DNA of 55,939 nt, the filler included, from Squatina squatina (lineage: Eukaryota), in the NCBI GenBank assembly GCA_031763465.1. It is 3 parts of 2 records of this genome, joined end to end, with 100 filler letters (N's around TTAATTAATTAA, not from the genome) between each part and the next. Parts side by side here need not be neighbours in the genome. Positions count along the whole stretch, not along the records: positions 19,211 to 38,411 come from JARFOE010000115.1; positions 38,512 to 55,939 come from JARFOE010000115.1; 1 more part is not named here. One strand, 5' to 3'. This document shows positions 24,551-39,048 of this stretch, in pieces. Below the pieces are notes generated by a model. It did not search any database, had not been told where the DNA came from, and saw only the letters and a list, made by a program, of their open reading frames with translations. Both the position numbers and the translations under genes were made by a program. Within the stretch, counting starts at the first letter, position 1; each line of letters begins with the position of its first letter.

Positions 24551-24740
24551 GAGGCTGATTCCATAAATAATTTTAAAAGGGAGTTGGACAGGTACTTGAG
24601 GATGAGCAACTTACAGGGTTACGGACAAAAAGTGGGGATGTGGGACTAAACACAACTGCTCTTTCAAACAGCCAGCAGAAGCACGACGGGCCAAATGGCC
24701 TCCTTCTGTACTGTAAGATTCGATGATTCTTTTTCTATGA
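24551..24740 (+). mobile_element. CR1 3' end
   Basis: FKRELDRYL followed by GGGCCAAATGGCCTCCTTCTGT and a TTCTATGA-like tail. Confidence 0.75.
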
Positions 24741-25743
24741 TTTGCCTAGTGTCCTTCACTGCACTTCAAAGTAATTCATTGTATGTGAAATGCTTTGGGA
24801 CAAAGTGAGGCACGATCAGGTGCAATTTCTGTGTAAGTTTTCTTGTAGCATTGGTAAATTTAAGGATGGCACAGATTGTGCGCTAACATTAATAACCTCT
24901 GCTCTTCCCCTAGGTTTGAGGTGGTCATTGATTCGGAATGTGGGTTAAAGACCAGGGGACCAGTGAGTAAATGAACTAGTCCTGAAGTTGACCACAGTTG
25001 AAAAATCTTTAACGTTTTATAATGGGTGGCGATAGGAAGAAGCTGTTCCATTCGTTGGCACATTTAGTTAGCTTATGATGGTTTAAAAAAAATGCTCTTG
25101 GGTATTACAGCTTAGTCAGTCCAAATTCGGGAGTACTAGGGATGCCCATTGTGTCAAAATCGACCAGTGTCCATTCTACTGTGATAAATATATCCCTTTA
25201 TATTTTCAATGACAGAATGTCACCTGAGATTTACGACACATAATAGAGCCAATATTCGTACATTAAAGTTTTGCAGTATATTATTATTGGCCATTAAGGA
25301 CGGAATATGAAATGAAATTATTTAGATCATTGTTCACTTCTTCATTCAGGCCAATTTTTACGTAATTCAGCACAGAATGCATTTGAATTAAAACCCGAAT
25401 TAACTATTTTTAAAAAAGTTACCTATTTAATTCCGAAATCCGTTTCCTGCGCTGCCTCCCCCATTTGTACGTGTGTTTCCAGCCCCACCCCCTCCCGCGC
25501 CCTGGGATGAAACAAGTATGAACTCAGTGTCCTTGAACGACACCGAAAGCAGAAATAACAAAGAAAGGTTAAGAGGATTTTTTTTTCATTCCCTTCCTTT
25601 TGCGACCGGCCTGAACGATTCAGAAATCTCGTATTGGAGCCGCCAGATTACATCATCACTGCTTCGTCTTCGCGTCAAAGCCGAGTGGCTGGTTTTATTA
25701 AGAAAAGGGACAGATCAAAATGCAGGGCTGTGCGAGCGGGGTT

Positions 25744-25758
25744 GTTATATATTAAAAG
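25744..25758 (+). promoter_or_regulatory. Candidate TATA box of RNF228
   Basis: TATATATTAAAAG lies ~120 bp upstream of the ATG in a CpG-containing region. Confidence 0.3.
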
Positions 25759-25864
25759 GAGAGAGAGAGAGCGAGGAGAGAGGAAATAATGGTGATGTGA
25801 GTGATTTGGTGCTTTATTTAAGGAAGCATTTTTCCCCCCTTTCCTCCCTCCCCTGTTATTTTAA

Positions 25865-26161
<297 letters not shown>

Positions 26162-26430
26162 NNNNNNNNNNNNNNNNNNNNNNNNNNNNNNNNNNNNNNN
26201 NNNNNNNNNNNNNNNNNNNNNNNNNNNNNNNNNNNNNNNNNNNNNNNNNNNNNNNNNNNNNCAACCTGAATTCAAGAGTTTTCTTGCAACCTGACAGATT
26301 ACTTAATAGTTCAGTTGACTTAAGTGCTTCCAACTTCTTTATAGGCCACTTAATAGCTTCCAGCTGCATGTGTCCGATATATATAGTCCTGCTGACTGCT
26401 CACTTCATTCAATTGAAATAGAAGAGCTGA

Positions 26431-27048
<618 letters not shown>

Positions 27049-30000
27049 CCAAACTCGATTGGGGGGGGGGGGGGAGGGCANNNNNNNNNNNNNNNNNNNN
27101 NNNNNNNNNNNNNNNNNNNNNNNNNNNNNNNNNNNNNNNNNNNNNNNNNNNNNNNNNNNNNNNNNNNNNNNNNNNNNNNNAATGCGGAGTGTTTTTATCA
27201 CAACATGACCAAGTGGGGAACAAAAACACTGACCTTTGCGCGTATGTGCTTTCATCCAATACTGCTGCATGTCGAGACGAAAAGAGACGACCCAGTGCTC
27301 GAATTCCTTCACTCAACACCTTGCCCTATACGTCAAACCTAAAGTATTTAGAATGACTGATGTTTAGCTTGTGGGTGCAATAACCAGTGTATCCATATGT
27401 AGATGTGTATCCAAATGGCTGTCTATGCTTGTACTAATAACGGATATTGCGTGCATTCTATTGTGTTGAAATGTACATGTTCGAATTGTTCCATAAGTGA
27501 AATATGCATCATTAGATTTTGATGATGAAAGAATATAATATATGTACAGTTAAAAAAAAACACTGATAGACGTGGTTGTTTAAAGTCACTAAATTATGGG
27601 CTTTGGTTTCCTGAATTGTGAGTCACAAGGACATTAGGGAGACTTGACGAGATAAAAGGTTTCGTTATGGGATTAGGTTGCTAACAATCCAGCCGACCAC
27701 TGATATCCCTTGCAGACAATGCCTCTTTTTCTAGACAGACTGCAGACTAATCAAGACTAATGGTTGTCACGAAGGCTCTTTTAAATCTGAACAATATTTT
27801 ATAAATAGGTGTTCTGTAGTTCAATCGAATTGAGTCAAATAGTGACTTGAAAAATCTGATAATTGATTACACTAAAACACCAAAGGCCATATATGCCATT
27901 GATTCAGACAAGACCATTCACATATCAGAACACATCCATTTATGTGTATTAGTCAGCAGTATTATTTGGAATTATGGTAATGTTAATACATAAATATAAC
28001 ATCGGAAATACATCTTTGGGTAACCACAGTTCTCACCAGACGGGCAATAGATGTGTAAGTAATTAGCCTACAGGAGCCTAAAAATGTAAGACAGCAAAAT
28101 GTGAATTGATAAAATTATAGAAATATTGAAAATAAAATGGAAGCTGGAGCATATGTTCGCATTGGCCTTAAAGCATCCACGTGGATTTAAATTAAAGGAT
28201 ACGATTTCAAAACAAGCACGGCAAAATGTGAGCCACAAATTACTTTTGAGTCCCTGACAAATCTACTAAAACAATCTCTCTCATAATGTTGTAGCATTAT
28301 GTTAATTTACCTGGCTCTTTAGAGGCTGAAAGGGTAGCCTGTGACCAAGTAAAGTCTGAATTTCTGGAATAATTTCATCTTAGTATTTACGTTTTCATTT
28401 TTAAGTTGAGCTAATTTTTCTAATTGGCCATTGGCTCGGGAGNNNNNNNNNNNNNNNNNNNNNNNNNNNNNNNNNNNNNNNNNNNNNNNNNNNNNNNNNN
28501 NNNNNNNNNNNNNNNNNNNNNNNNNNNNNNNNNNNNNNNNNNTATCCAGCTGCCCTAGAGAGGGACTAATGTGAATGTATAGTATATACGAGACATTATT
28601 TGTGTAGAAGAATTTGAGCAGCATGAGTCTCTAATCTGACAGGCCTGAGATGTAGCATGACCTCAGATGTTCTAAGTGTTGTTTAATACTGTCTGTCTGC
28701 AGGATCGGCCAAATGAATGGATTGCCTTTTCTGTAAAATGATTTTTGCTGTTGAACCCATACTGAAAATCAGTAAACATTACAAAAAGGAGCTAATGACA
28801 TGAGTGTCATAAAGTAAAAGGAATGTTAAATTGGCAATGAGATACTGTAGAAAGAGACAACCCATGGCCATTTCTTGAATAACATTAGAAAAAAATGGAT
28901 GCACAGTTTGAACTTTTGCAGATGACTCTTAAGCTCTATGTTGGGTAAGACAAACAAAGTACTTGCGATACAATCCTAACCTTATTTCACACAGAGACCC
29001 AGATAGGCATCGGAGAGAGGAGGTTCCCCATGCCCCCATCACCTTTACCATCGTTGGTGGCTGCAAAAATGCAAGGCCCACAAATAACTTAGAGTGGTCA
29101 ACATTAATTAATGGAAAATATTTTATGGTCAATGTACAATTATTATCTCAGGGATACTGTAAGAGATCTATCCACTATGAGGTCAGTATTTTATTTCAAT
29201 TCAGCACCTGGTTTAATGCTGAAGTTAGTGGGGTGTGGACTCAGGGACCAGTACTTGCATATCTTCTTGTGTCATTTTCAAGCAATGCACATGTGCTCCA
29301 GAAAAGAATGCCTGGATAGACTTTTATATATTTAAAACTAAAATATGGATTGCATGAATTTTTAAACTTTATATTTTGCCTAAGGAATTGTCAGGTATTT
29401 GGGTAAGGTTTTATTTTGTGATTTTTCCCTGGAGCATTCCCTTAATACCATTAATTGAATAAGGAGAACTTTGGTATGCCTGAGGTATTCTATTAAATGG
29501 TTTCTACTGTATCTGCAGCTGGTTTCTTTTAAAGAGCAACTAACCTGAAATTATACTATGTAGACTAGAAAATCGCTAACTATTAACTTTTTCCTGGTAT
29601 TCAAAACAGGAAAAAATGTTTAACTAATTTCAATTTAAAACAATGGCAATCCCTGAAAGTCTGAAGAAATTGAAAAGAAACAATTTAGTTTTTTTTCAAG
29701 TGAATCAGTGCAGGAAGCTACATACAACTCCTTTACATATTTTGACACTGTTTTCTACTGTTGTACACTATTGTTGAGAAATGATGTTATCACTGAAGGC
29801 AGAGCATTTAAGCTACAGAGAAGATATTTTTGTTGCAAATCATTTTTCCTCACTTTTTAATCAATAAAAATAACTTAAGGTTCAAACATTCTGTCGTCTT
29901 GGTTGGCCATTGCTGTACAAGATGCATTTGCAACAAAATACATCATCCATCATTAGTTACTGCATTATCTTTCTGTAAAAAGATAAAAGGTGAAATCCCT

Positions 30001-30425
30001 CATTTAAAAATAAGTAGGAGAATTCCTGGCTTTCTCCATAATTAATGACTCACTAACAAAATTGGATTCTCAGAAGCTGCATATTCAAAGCCATACATTG
30101 GTGCAATTTTGATAGTGGGATATTCAGGGCTAGAAATTAATTGTCACCATGTTGCAGATGTGCACAGGGCGGAGCCAGCATTTCTCTCGCCGCGCCTGCC
30201 CTGCTCCTCCTGGAATTCAGCGATCCGGGACGACCGCGCTCTCGGTTGCAACTGGGGTGGCAGGCTTTGGACGGCGGTTGGGTGGCTTCAGCGCCACGTC
30301 AGCGGCGTCAGAAACGCCGCATCAGNNNNNNNNNNNNNNNNNNNNNNNNNNNNNNNNNNNNNNNNNNNNNNNNNNNNNNNNNNNNNNNNNNNNNNNNNNN
30401 NNNNNNNNNNNNNNNNNNNNNNNNN

Positions 30426-30525
30426 TTTGCGGATCCAGTATAGGACTATTTAGTCACCTCAGAACCCACAACTCTGGAGTGGAAGCAAGTCATCCTCGAC
30501 CCTGAGGGACTGCCGAAGAGAAGAT
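30426..30525 (+). mobile_element. RTE-clade LINE 3' end
   Basis: CGSSIGLFSHLRTH (terminal C2H2-type motif) followed by a GAGGGACTGCC..AAGA tail. Confidence 0.7.
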
Positions 30526-30727
30526 TGTTCTTCTGGTGCTCTCTGGTGTACCAATGATTCACCATTCTTCAAGATAAGTATGTTTCAGAACCATTTTAAC
30601 GAGTCTCCACTGGGCTACCAATTCACTTGCACAATGTAAGGACTCCAATCTTGATACAAAATTGAAAGCTTCAATAAAAATCAGAATATCTCTCTATCTA
30701 CCTGAAGATCAGTTGGTAAATAGTTAA

Positions 30728-30750
30728 ATATATATATATATATATATATA
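30728..30750. repeat. (TA)n microsatellite
   Basis: Directly visible in the sequence. Confidence 0.9.
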
Positions 30751-31029
30751 AAACTTCATTTTTTCCTTTCCATTATGTTGCGTGTAATTACTTCAGAGTG
30801 TATTTTGGATGAAATTGCTGTAGGAAAATAGTAAGCCCAAACTTGATATCCCTATTTATTTAAACTCCATCGCATTCCTGCAATTTTTGGATTATTTTCT
30901 TGATTGGTGAGCGTGTTTGCTTTTTCTGAAAGGATATTTCTTTGGAGTTTTCTTTTTAAGTATCTTTAGTAGCAGTGAGCCTGACTAATTTCATTAATAT
31001 ACACCATCCACTCTGTATGTTTTTCTTTT

Positions 31030-31420
31030 AAGTTATTTTTCTCAACAATTTTCTTCCTTCCTCTGCTCAAGCCTTCCTGCAGGGTTATGGTTCCACAGGC
31101 CCTGCCCACCTTCTTGTACCTTACCAAATGCCATTGTTCATATGTGTGCCTTGACCGTGACTGTTGGCTGGCTATTCAGCTGGATGGGTTATCACAACCT
31201 GGCTTGATCCTTTTCTCATCCAAAGTCCAGACATGCACATTTCAGCTCGGGTTCCTGGAAAGCTATCATGAGCAGGGACCCTGGCTACTCTCCTCTTCCT
31301 AAACTGTGGGTGCTGAGGCCAATGATCGTGTCCCTGCCACCTCCCCAGTTGAGATTAGCTTAAATCACCAGTGATTGGGGTTGGAGCCTGGCACCTTTCT
31401 AGGTGAGCGACTCAATCGAT
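31030..31420 (-). mobile_element. LF-SINE-like element, near full length, diverged
   Basis: The reverse complement shows GCTAATCTCA.CTGGGG..ATTGGCCTCAGCACC..AGCCAGGGT.CCTGCTC.TGAT..AGGATC..TGTGAT..GAATAGCC..GTGGAACC, collinear with the copy at ~52000. Confidence 0.6.
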
Positions 31421-33899
31421 AAACTCACAGCTTGTCGGGACTGCTGATCGTTCTGTATCAATAAGGAGATTAAATGATAGTTGTCAGGAGTGCAATTGTG
31501 TATGTAGGGGCTGGCTCAAATTGGCATCAACCGTTTGCTGAAGTCGCAACAGGGACTGATATTTCCGGAGCAATCACATTCAAGCAATGCAAAAGAATGG
31601 ACACTAAGTCTTGAATGTACAAAGAAACCCTGTTATATGGTTCACAAGCCTTTCACATGCAAGTGTACTCGAAGCAACATTTCTACAGAGGTACTCTATT
31701 CCATGCCTTGCATTACGTATGTGTCTGTTCAGACGATACTGTATAATGAAAAAGATTTTCTCTGGCCAGACAGCTCTGGAAGAATAAAGTTGTGGCGTAT
31801 CTGCGATATGTTAAGTTGATGATCCGCATGTCTGTCAAAACAGTGAAGTTGTCGGTGTTTTGTAGGGCCATTGTATTTTTTTCCACAGAAAATTACAACC
31901 CAAAAAAAAAGCTTCAGATACGAAAATAGGAAGGAATTTGGACACACTTATTGGGTTTGACTTTTCAACCATCTGGCGCGAACCATTCTGACTCGGCTTC
32001 CAGCGTTTTGTCTTCGCAAGGAAAGTTCTCTATCTTCAAACCACCCCCCCCCCCCCCAAAGTTTTTCGCCTTCCTGAAACAGATGAGACCGAGTTAATTT
32101 CCACTGTTGGAAAGAAATCTGAAATAACGNNNNNNNNNNNNNNNNNNNNNNNNNNNNNNNNNNNNNNNNNNNNNNNNNNNNNNNNNNNNNNNNNNNNNNN
32201 NNNNNNNNNNNNNNNNNNNNNNNNNNNNNNNNNNNNNNNNNNNNNNNNNNNNNNNNNNNNNNNNNNNNNNNNNNNNNNNNNNNNNNNNNNNNNNNNNNNN
32301 NNNNNNNNNNNNNNNNNNNNNNNNNNNNNNNNNNNNNNNNNNNNNNNNNNNNNNNNNNNNNNNNNNNNNNNNNNNNNNNNNNNNNNNNNNNNNNNNNNNN
32401 NNNNNNNNNNNNNNNNNNNCTCTGAATGACATTAATTCATGTACCATTTAATGGCTCAGAGAAATACTGTGAATTCTAAATTACACGGCTTTCGGATAAT
32501 TAAAAATCCTGTGTATCCAGGATATCGTTACACCGTGAAAAGACTTGCTGGATCCAGTCAGTCAGCTTTAAAATTCCTACACATATATTCATCCATCCAG
32601 CTAATGACTGTCAGCTATATAAGCATTTGTAGCTTTTAAATGATATGAAGAGAATCGATTAGCTATGCATACAGAGTTCCAACATTTAACCGTTTTGTAC
32701 ACGTGATCCCTTAAATATGTGATAGTCGTTGCTTCTTGCATTTATAAACACAGTATTGTGTATCGCGGTCATTCATAAATCAAACACTCGCTGCTTTGCC
32801 TTTGTCTCGGTTTCTACCCATTAATCATTGGTAGGATTGACAGTTTGAATCAGTTTTGCTTCTGATATGTTCAAAGAGCAAAATTCATCATTAAGAACTT
32901 GTGCTGAAACTGGATTCCAAAAGCACCACGTGCTCGACGAATTTGGTAAAAATGCAATGGACTTAAAACATTTTTTTAAACATATACTGTTTGTTGGATC
33001 TGTTTTCTCCTACTGTACTGGTAAACATTTTACTGATAGGGTAAAGGCAGCAACTTTCATTCCAGTAGACCCCTAGAGATTATATTGCTTTCCGTTCAAT
33101 GTAAAGTATTCCTTTACTGAATAAAATTCTTTATGAATTCTTATGAATCCCGTAACTAAGTAATGGAAAAATAAAATAAGAGGTCAGGAACCTACATACA
33201 GTGAGTAGCTATAGAATACTGTTTAACCTGATACTAATGAGTCAGACATCTGAATTTAGGATTAAGCCTTGTTATGTCTGAATAAACACAGACAGGTGTG
33301 TTAATAACAAATTCAATTATTTCCAGGCTCTCTAGTATATTTGCTACAATGTGCTAACTCCCACCAGGGGGCCATCTAGTGTTCAGTTGATAATATGGAA
33401 GTTCCATACATANNNNNNNNNNNNNNNNNNNNNNNNNNNNNNNNNNNNNNNNNNNNNNNNNNNNNNNNNNNNNNNNNNNNNNNNNNNNNNNNNNNNNNNN
33501 NNNNNNNNNNNNGTCCCATCCCTTACGAATACCATGTTCCTTTCTCGGATATTTTACAAATCGGTGCTGTAAAAACATCCACAGTATAAAGGAATATAAT
33601 CAAAACCTGTACAGTTCTGATACAGTTTTATAAAGTAAATGAAAGGGGCGGCTGGACTGACCGTATGACCACAAACAACTAATCCTGCATTTAGGAAGAG
33701 AAACAAATCTAAGTTCTTCTGACTCGAGGCGAAATAAAGTGCTTGAAAAATTACTGAGATTTTGTTAGAGCAACTTGGTTACAGTAATCGGATTCTGATT
33801 CAAACCCCAAAGGCAGCGTCCGTTCTTTATCTGTAATATGGGTTAACTCTGGTCCTGGACTGGATCACTGTAAATAGGATGATGCTATTTTAGTGCTGT

Positions 33900-34270
33900 T
33901 TTTAAACAACTTAAAAGGGGGAATTAATATAATAGCGAATGACTCCTTTTAATCTTTCTTTTTGATACGTCATTGGCTCATCATTGTGTTCTGGGATAAG
34001 AGAACAATTGTTGAGATTAAGAATCAGTAAGTGAAAGCGATGACTTTTTGCCAAAAGGAGGTTGTTTCTCGTTTGCAACCGTCTTTCAAACAAAGCGTAG
34101 TCTTAACTATCTCATCGTTTGATTGATTAAGGCTTTGAATAAAGTTCCGCGCCAGACTGACAGGGTTTTTTGAATAGCCACATCCAAATAAAGCCCACTC
34201 GGATGGCTGTGCTTGAAGATCAGAGTGTAAAGGATGAGTTTACCGGCAGTTACCAAGTTATAAATAGAGG
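33900..34270. promoter_or_regulatory. Candidate PAX3 upstream (neural crest-type) enhancer
   Basis: Repeat-free; TGATTGATTAA (Pbx/Hox-type) at 34120-34130, Sox-like AACAAT/AACAAAG, Cdx-like AATAAA and half-CRE CGTCA, about 1 kb upstream of the promoter in assembly coordinates. Confidence 0.45.
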
Positions 34271-34939
34271 ACTCAGACAATAGTACCTTCTCTGAGGACA
34301 GACGGGCTTTACAACAGTCCTGGCGTCATATCCTGCTGTGGCGCTTCAGCTNNNNNNNNNNNNNNNNNNNNNNNNNNNNNNNNNNNNNNNNNNNNNNNNN
34401 NNNNNNNNNNNNNNNNNNNNNNNNNNNNNNNNNNNNNNNNNNNNNNNNNNNTCAGGCCATGTAATTTCAGCTACAATCTGAAGTTACTGCGGATAATCGT
34501 GAGAACCCCTCCCTGTGGAAATTCAACCCTATCCAACCTTCTCACCCAGAAGAATTTCTCCCATAAGTGTGATCCGACGTTCTCATCTTCTTAGTTTGCA
34601 TCTTCATCCAATGCTGCTCTAGACCTCCTCCTCGCTTCATTTTGCCAAAGAACTTGGGCTTAGTGGGCTGACTGTTGGTGAACTGTATCACTAAGAATAA
34701 TTTAGACTATCAAAGAATGATGTGCTGCCTTCAGAGGCGTTCTTGGTTTGACTCGAAACGCAGAGTTTGCCCTCTAGGCAATCTGCTCTAAAAAAAATGG
34801 TGCATATTTTTAGATCTGTGGCAGATAATGAGTGAAAGCTGTCGTGTGTTAGAAAGGCAATGGGACAGGTTGCTATTACTGCAGCAGCCGCACGTTCGCT
34901 TTTTATTTAAAAAAATCATATTTCCAGTGATGGGAAAGG

Positions 34940-35125
34940 AAGATTGCGGGGACTGGCCAATCAAAGCACACGTTTCCATAGAGAAGAATCTCGCCTGTTC
35001 GCCAATCAGAAGGCAGGGGTCTCGATGGAGCCAGGGGTGGAAGAACTGATAAATTCTGCAGGTCACCGTCCCATCGACTCCTGGTTGTGACCAGAACAAC
35101 TCCTAACCCTTGGACCACAGTTGTA
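34940..35125 (+). promoter_or_regulatory. Probable PAX3 proximal promoter; exon 1 likely inside the 542-N gap (35126-35667)
   Basis: Two GCCAATCA boxes (~34957, ~35001) and TATA-like GATAAAT (~35048), upstream of exon 2. Confidence 0.5.
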
Positions 35126-36449
35126 NNNNNNNNNNNNNNNNNNNNNNNNNNNNNNNNNNNNNNNNNNNNNNNNNNNNNNNNNNNNNNNNNNNNNNNNNNN
35201 NNNNNNNNNNNNNNNNNNNNNNNNNNNNNNNNNNNNNNNNNNNNNNNNNNNNNNNNNNNNNNNNNNNNNNNNNNNNNNNNNNNNNNNNNNNNNNNNNNNN
35301 NNNNNNNNNNNNNNNNNNNNNNNNNNNNNNNNNNNNNNNNNNNNNNNNNNNNNNNNNNNNNNNNNNNNNNNNNNNNNNNNNNNNNNNNNNNNNNNNNNNN
35401 NNNNNNNNNNNNNNNNNNNNNNNNNNNNNNNNNNNNNNNNNNNNNNNNNNNNNNNNNNNNNNNNNNNNNNNNNNNNNNNNNNNNNNNNNNNNNNNNNNNN
35501 NNNNNNNNNNNNNNNNNNNNNNNNNNNNNNNNNNNNNNNNNNNNNNNNNNNNNNNNNNNNNNNNNNNNNNNNNNNNNNNNNNNNNNNNNNNNNNNNNNNN
35601 NNNNNNNNNNNNNNNNNNNNNNNNNNNNNNNNNNNNNNNNNNNNNNNNNNNNNNNNNNNNNNNNNNNCTGTACGAGGCAACGGCAGTGCATTATGATCCA
35701 TTGCAGCTTTTCAATAATGGTTTTTATGTGACTGTGACTGTATTGGCCTTTTGAGGGAGCGAGCCTTTTTTAAAGTTTCTAATAACTCAGTAACGTGCGT
35801 TCTCCAGGTATCATGTTCAGTATATCCAGTAAGTAGATTCTACTACAATTTCAACGTTTGTTGGTGTATGGCATGCAATTGAGGCACGTTAAAGTTGATG
35901 GAGACAAACTGTGAAATCAAACAGAAACAAATCTCCTTTGTTGGTTTCAAATATCTTAAGTTTAGTTTGTTTTTGCAATCGTGTGTGTCACTTCTTCACT
36001 ACATGCAGAACGCTATGTGATCAGTTCCCCAGTAACCTACAGTGTCCTGCAAGCGCCCGGATTAATGAATTGCTGGTTTTAAATTGCATTAAATTGCATC
36101 TTTTTACGTAACGGTGGGATTTTCTGCTCCTACAAAATGTTTGTGAAGAGGGAAGCTGAATATAAATTTAAATATTGCAATGACAGGGCTTGAGTAGCGT
36201 TCGTTAAAAAGATATGAATTAACAGCTCCGAACTATTTGATCCAAACATTATTGTACAATTTAAAATATTATTGTGAAGTGACAGCCAGGAATAGGTCTT
36301 TGCCCTTTAGTTCTGAAACAAGGAACAGTCTTATTTGAGTATATTTGCTGCAAATGAATCCCGTAAAATATATAAACATACTGATGTGTTCTAAGCACTG
36401 ATGTGGTATCTCCTGATTCCCTCTCCACTTGTCTGTGTGCTTAGGTTAA

Positions 36450-36665
<216 letters not shown>

Positions 36666-38199
36666 TAATAATTTACAATTTATGCTGATTTTTATGAAAA
36701 TTAGCATTTATTATCCATTCAACGAAGCTGAAAATGTGCAGCTTATGCAAGTCTCTGCGATTTGTTTGTACAGGAAGGGTGGGAAGAAATTATATTATTT
36801 CAGTGGAAGAATTATTTTATGTGTTTTAATAACTTGAAGCCAAAAAAGGCACAAAGGTTGACAGCTTGTGTCATTAAAGACGTTGATGCACTTTGAGGAG
36901 ATGCCAGCACGATTACTGCAGACAGAAGTTGGTGGAGCTTCTCTGTGCCAGCTCATTGCACCCTGGTGTTGTGTAGTAGAGGTGATGATGATGAATAACC
37001 CAATAACAGCGATAATGTTCAGTTGTGATAATTTTAATTTCTATATCATGGCAACACTAGCTGGCAGCAGTGGTTACAAATTATATTACTCTGTCTCTGC
37101 TGGTGAGATCTTGCAAGTTCCTGCCAGGGTCCTCAGTAGAAGCTGCTAATTAATGAATCTCTACGAAAAATAAGCTCTCAATTTCTTCTCCAGTCGAGCT
37201 CCTGCAGCTTTCTACCACAGCTGTGTAGCATCTAACGTAAATGAGTGGAGCTGTTAAAGCGGGCAGCCGTGCACTATTTTAAGTATTACCTGCATGTGTG
37301 TCNNNNNNNNNNNNNNNNNNNNNNNNNNNNNNNNNNNNNNNNNNNNNNNNNNNNNNNNNNNNNNNNNNNNNNNNNNNNNNNNNNNNNNNNNNNNNNNNNN
37401 NNNNNNNNNNNNNNNNNNNNNNNNNNNNNNNNNNNNNNNNNNNNNNNNNNNNNNNNNNNNNNNNNNNNNNNNNNNNNNNNNNNNNNNNNNNNNNNNNNNN
37501 NNNNNNNNNNNNNNNNNNNNNNNNNNNNNNNNNNNNNNNNNNNNNNNNNNNNNNNNNNNNNNNNNNNNNNNNNNNNNNNNNNNNNNNNNNNNNNNNNNNN
37601 NNNNNNNNNNNNNNNNNNNNNNNNNNNNNNNNNNNNNNNNNNNNNNNNNNNNNNNNNNNNNNNNNNNNNNNATGGTTTTGTCACAGGCAATTAACCACGC
37701 AGGTTGTAATGACCAGCGATTATCGTAATGTAGACCATTAAACACAGAAATTTACACAGTTACACACCGCATTTTCTACAAACGTGGCTACAAAGTTGAA
37801 GCACTGATCTGCAGTAAAGTTACCAATTATTGAAGCGTTTGCGCCAGATTTTTTTTGCCCAATTTGGCTTTTCGTTCACTGTGAGTCGAATCAGCAACCA
37901 CTTGTGTGTGTCTGAGAGGGGCAGTGTGCTCAAATAAAAGCAAATTGCACATTACACCTGAAAAGTTCATCACGCCTTTAGTATTATTTTACATGATATA
38001 TTCAACAAGAGTTTTCTAGGACTTGTATAAGGAATTGTTATCGGGAATAATTGGGAATAATAAATTGCTCCTGATTTAAGATTTGCATATTCGAATATGA
38101 CTGCCAATACGAAACACATCAGATTAGTTTTCGAGTCGGAACGAAACAAAGTTGTAAATAAGCCTCTTTTTTTCTCCTGCCAAAACATATTTAATAAAG

Positions 38200-38329
38200 C
38201 AAATGGCAATACCAGACGTGGAAAAAAAGATCGAAGAGTACAAGAAAGAGAATCCTGGAATGTTTAGCTGGGAAATCCGGGATAAGTTACTGAAAGACGG
38301 CATGTGTGATCGAAATACCATTCCCTCAG
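38200..38329 (+). CDS. PAX3: PAX3 exon 3 (130 nt, paired-domain RED subdomain)
   Basis: AAAG|CAA...TCAG|GT; [48 protein letters not shown] rather than RDRLL, plus synteny, indicates PAX3 not PAX7. Missing from the ORF track. Confidence 0.92.
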
Positions 38330-38411
38330 GTTGGTTCAATATCTGTGATTTGTGTGAATTGAAGAAAAAAATCCAATAACATTGCAATTAACATGGAGAA
38401 ATAACTACTCT

Positions 38412-38511
38412 NNNNNNNNNNNNNNNNNNNNNNNNNNNNNNNNNNNNNNNNNNNNTTAATTAATTAANNNNNNNNNNNNNNNNNNNNNNNNNNNNNNNNN
38501 NNNNNNNNNNN
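38412..38511. other. Artificial scaffold spacer 44N-TTAATTAATTAA-44N
   Basis: Identical structure to 19111-19210; the 12-mer is at 38456-38467. Confidence 0.95.
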
Positions 38512-39048
38512 AACAGCCTTCCAGTCACAAAAACACCCGTCGACCATCACCCTTTGCTTCCGGCCTCTGAACCAATTTTGGATCCAACTTGCCACTTTGC
38601 CTTGGATCCCACAGGTTTTTACTTTCATGGAACCTTATCAAAAGCCTTGCTAAAATTCCTATCGACTACATCAAATGCACTACCCTCATCGATCCTCCTT
38701 GTAACCTCCTTGAAAAACTTAATCATATTAGTCAGACACGACCTTCCCTTAACAAGTCTATGCNNNNNNNNNNAAAATGTTTTCCAATAATTTTCCTACC
38801 ACCATGGTTAGGCTGACTGGCCTGTAATTACTATCCCTTATCTCCATTTTTAAACAATGGTACAGTGTCAGCCATCCTCCTGTCCTCTGGCACCACACCT
38901 GTAGCGAGAGAGAATTGGAAAATGATGGTCAGCGACTCCGTTATATCCTCTCTTGCTTCTCTTAACAGACTGGGATAAATTTCATCCGGGCCTGGGGATT
39001 TATCCACCTTCAAAGATGTTAAACCCCTTAATACTTCCTCTCTCACTA
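38512..39048 (-). mobile_element. CR1 ORF2 fragment
   Basis: LKVDKSPGPDEIYPSLLREAREDI...GVVPEDRRMADTVPLFK and downstream DFSKAFDKVP. Confidence 0.88.

Noticed and set aside
34903-35754. Long ORFs of 190-260 aa (and similar X-filled ORFs elsewhere)
   Set aside because: They consist almost entirely of N-gap translation.
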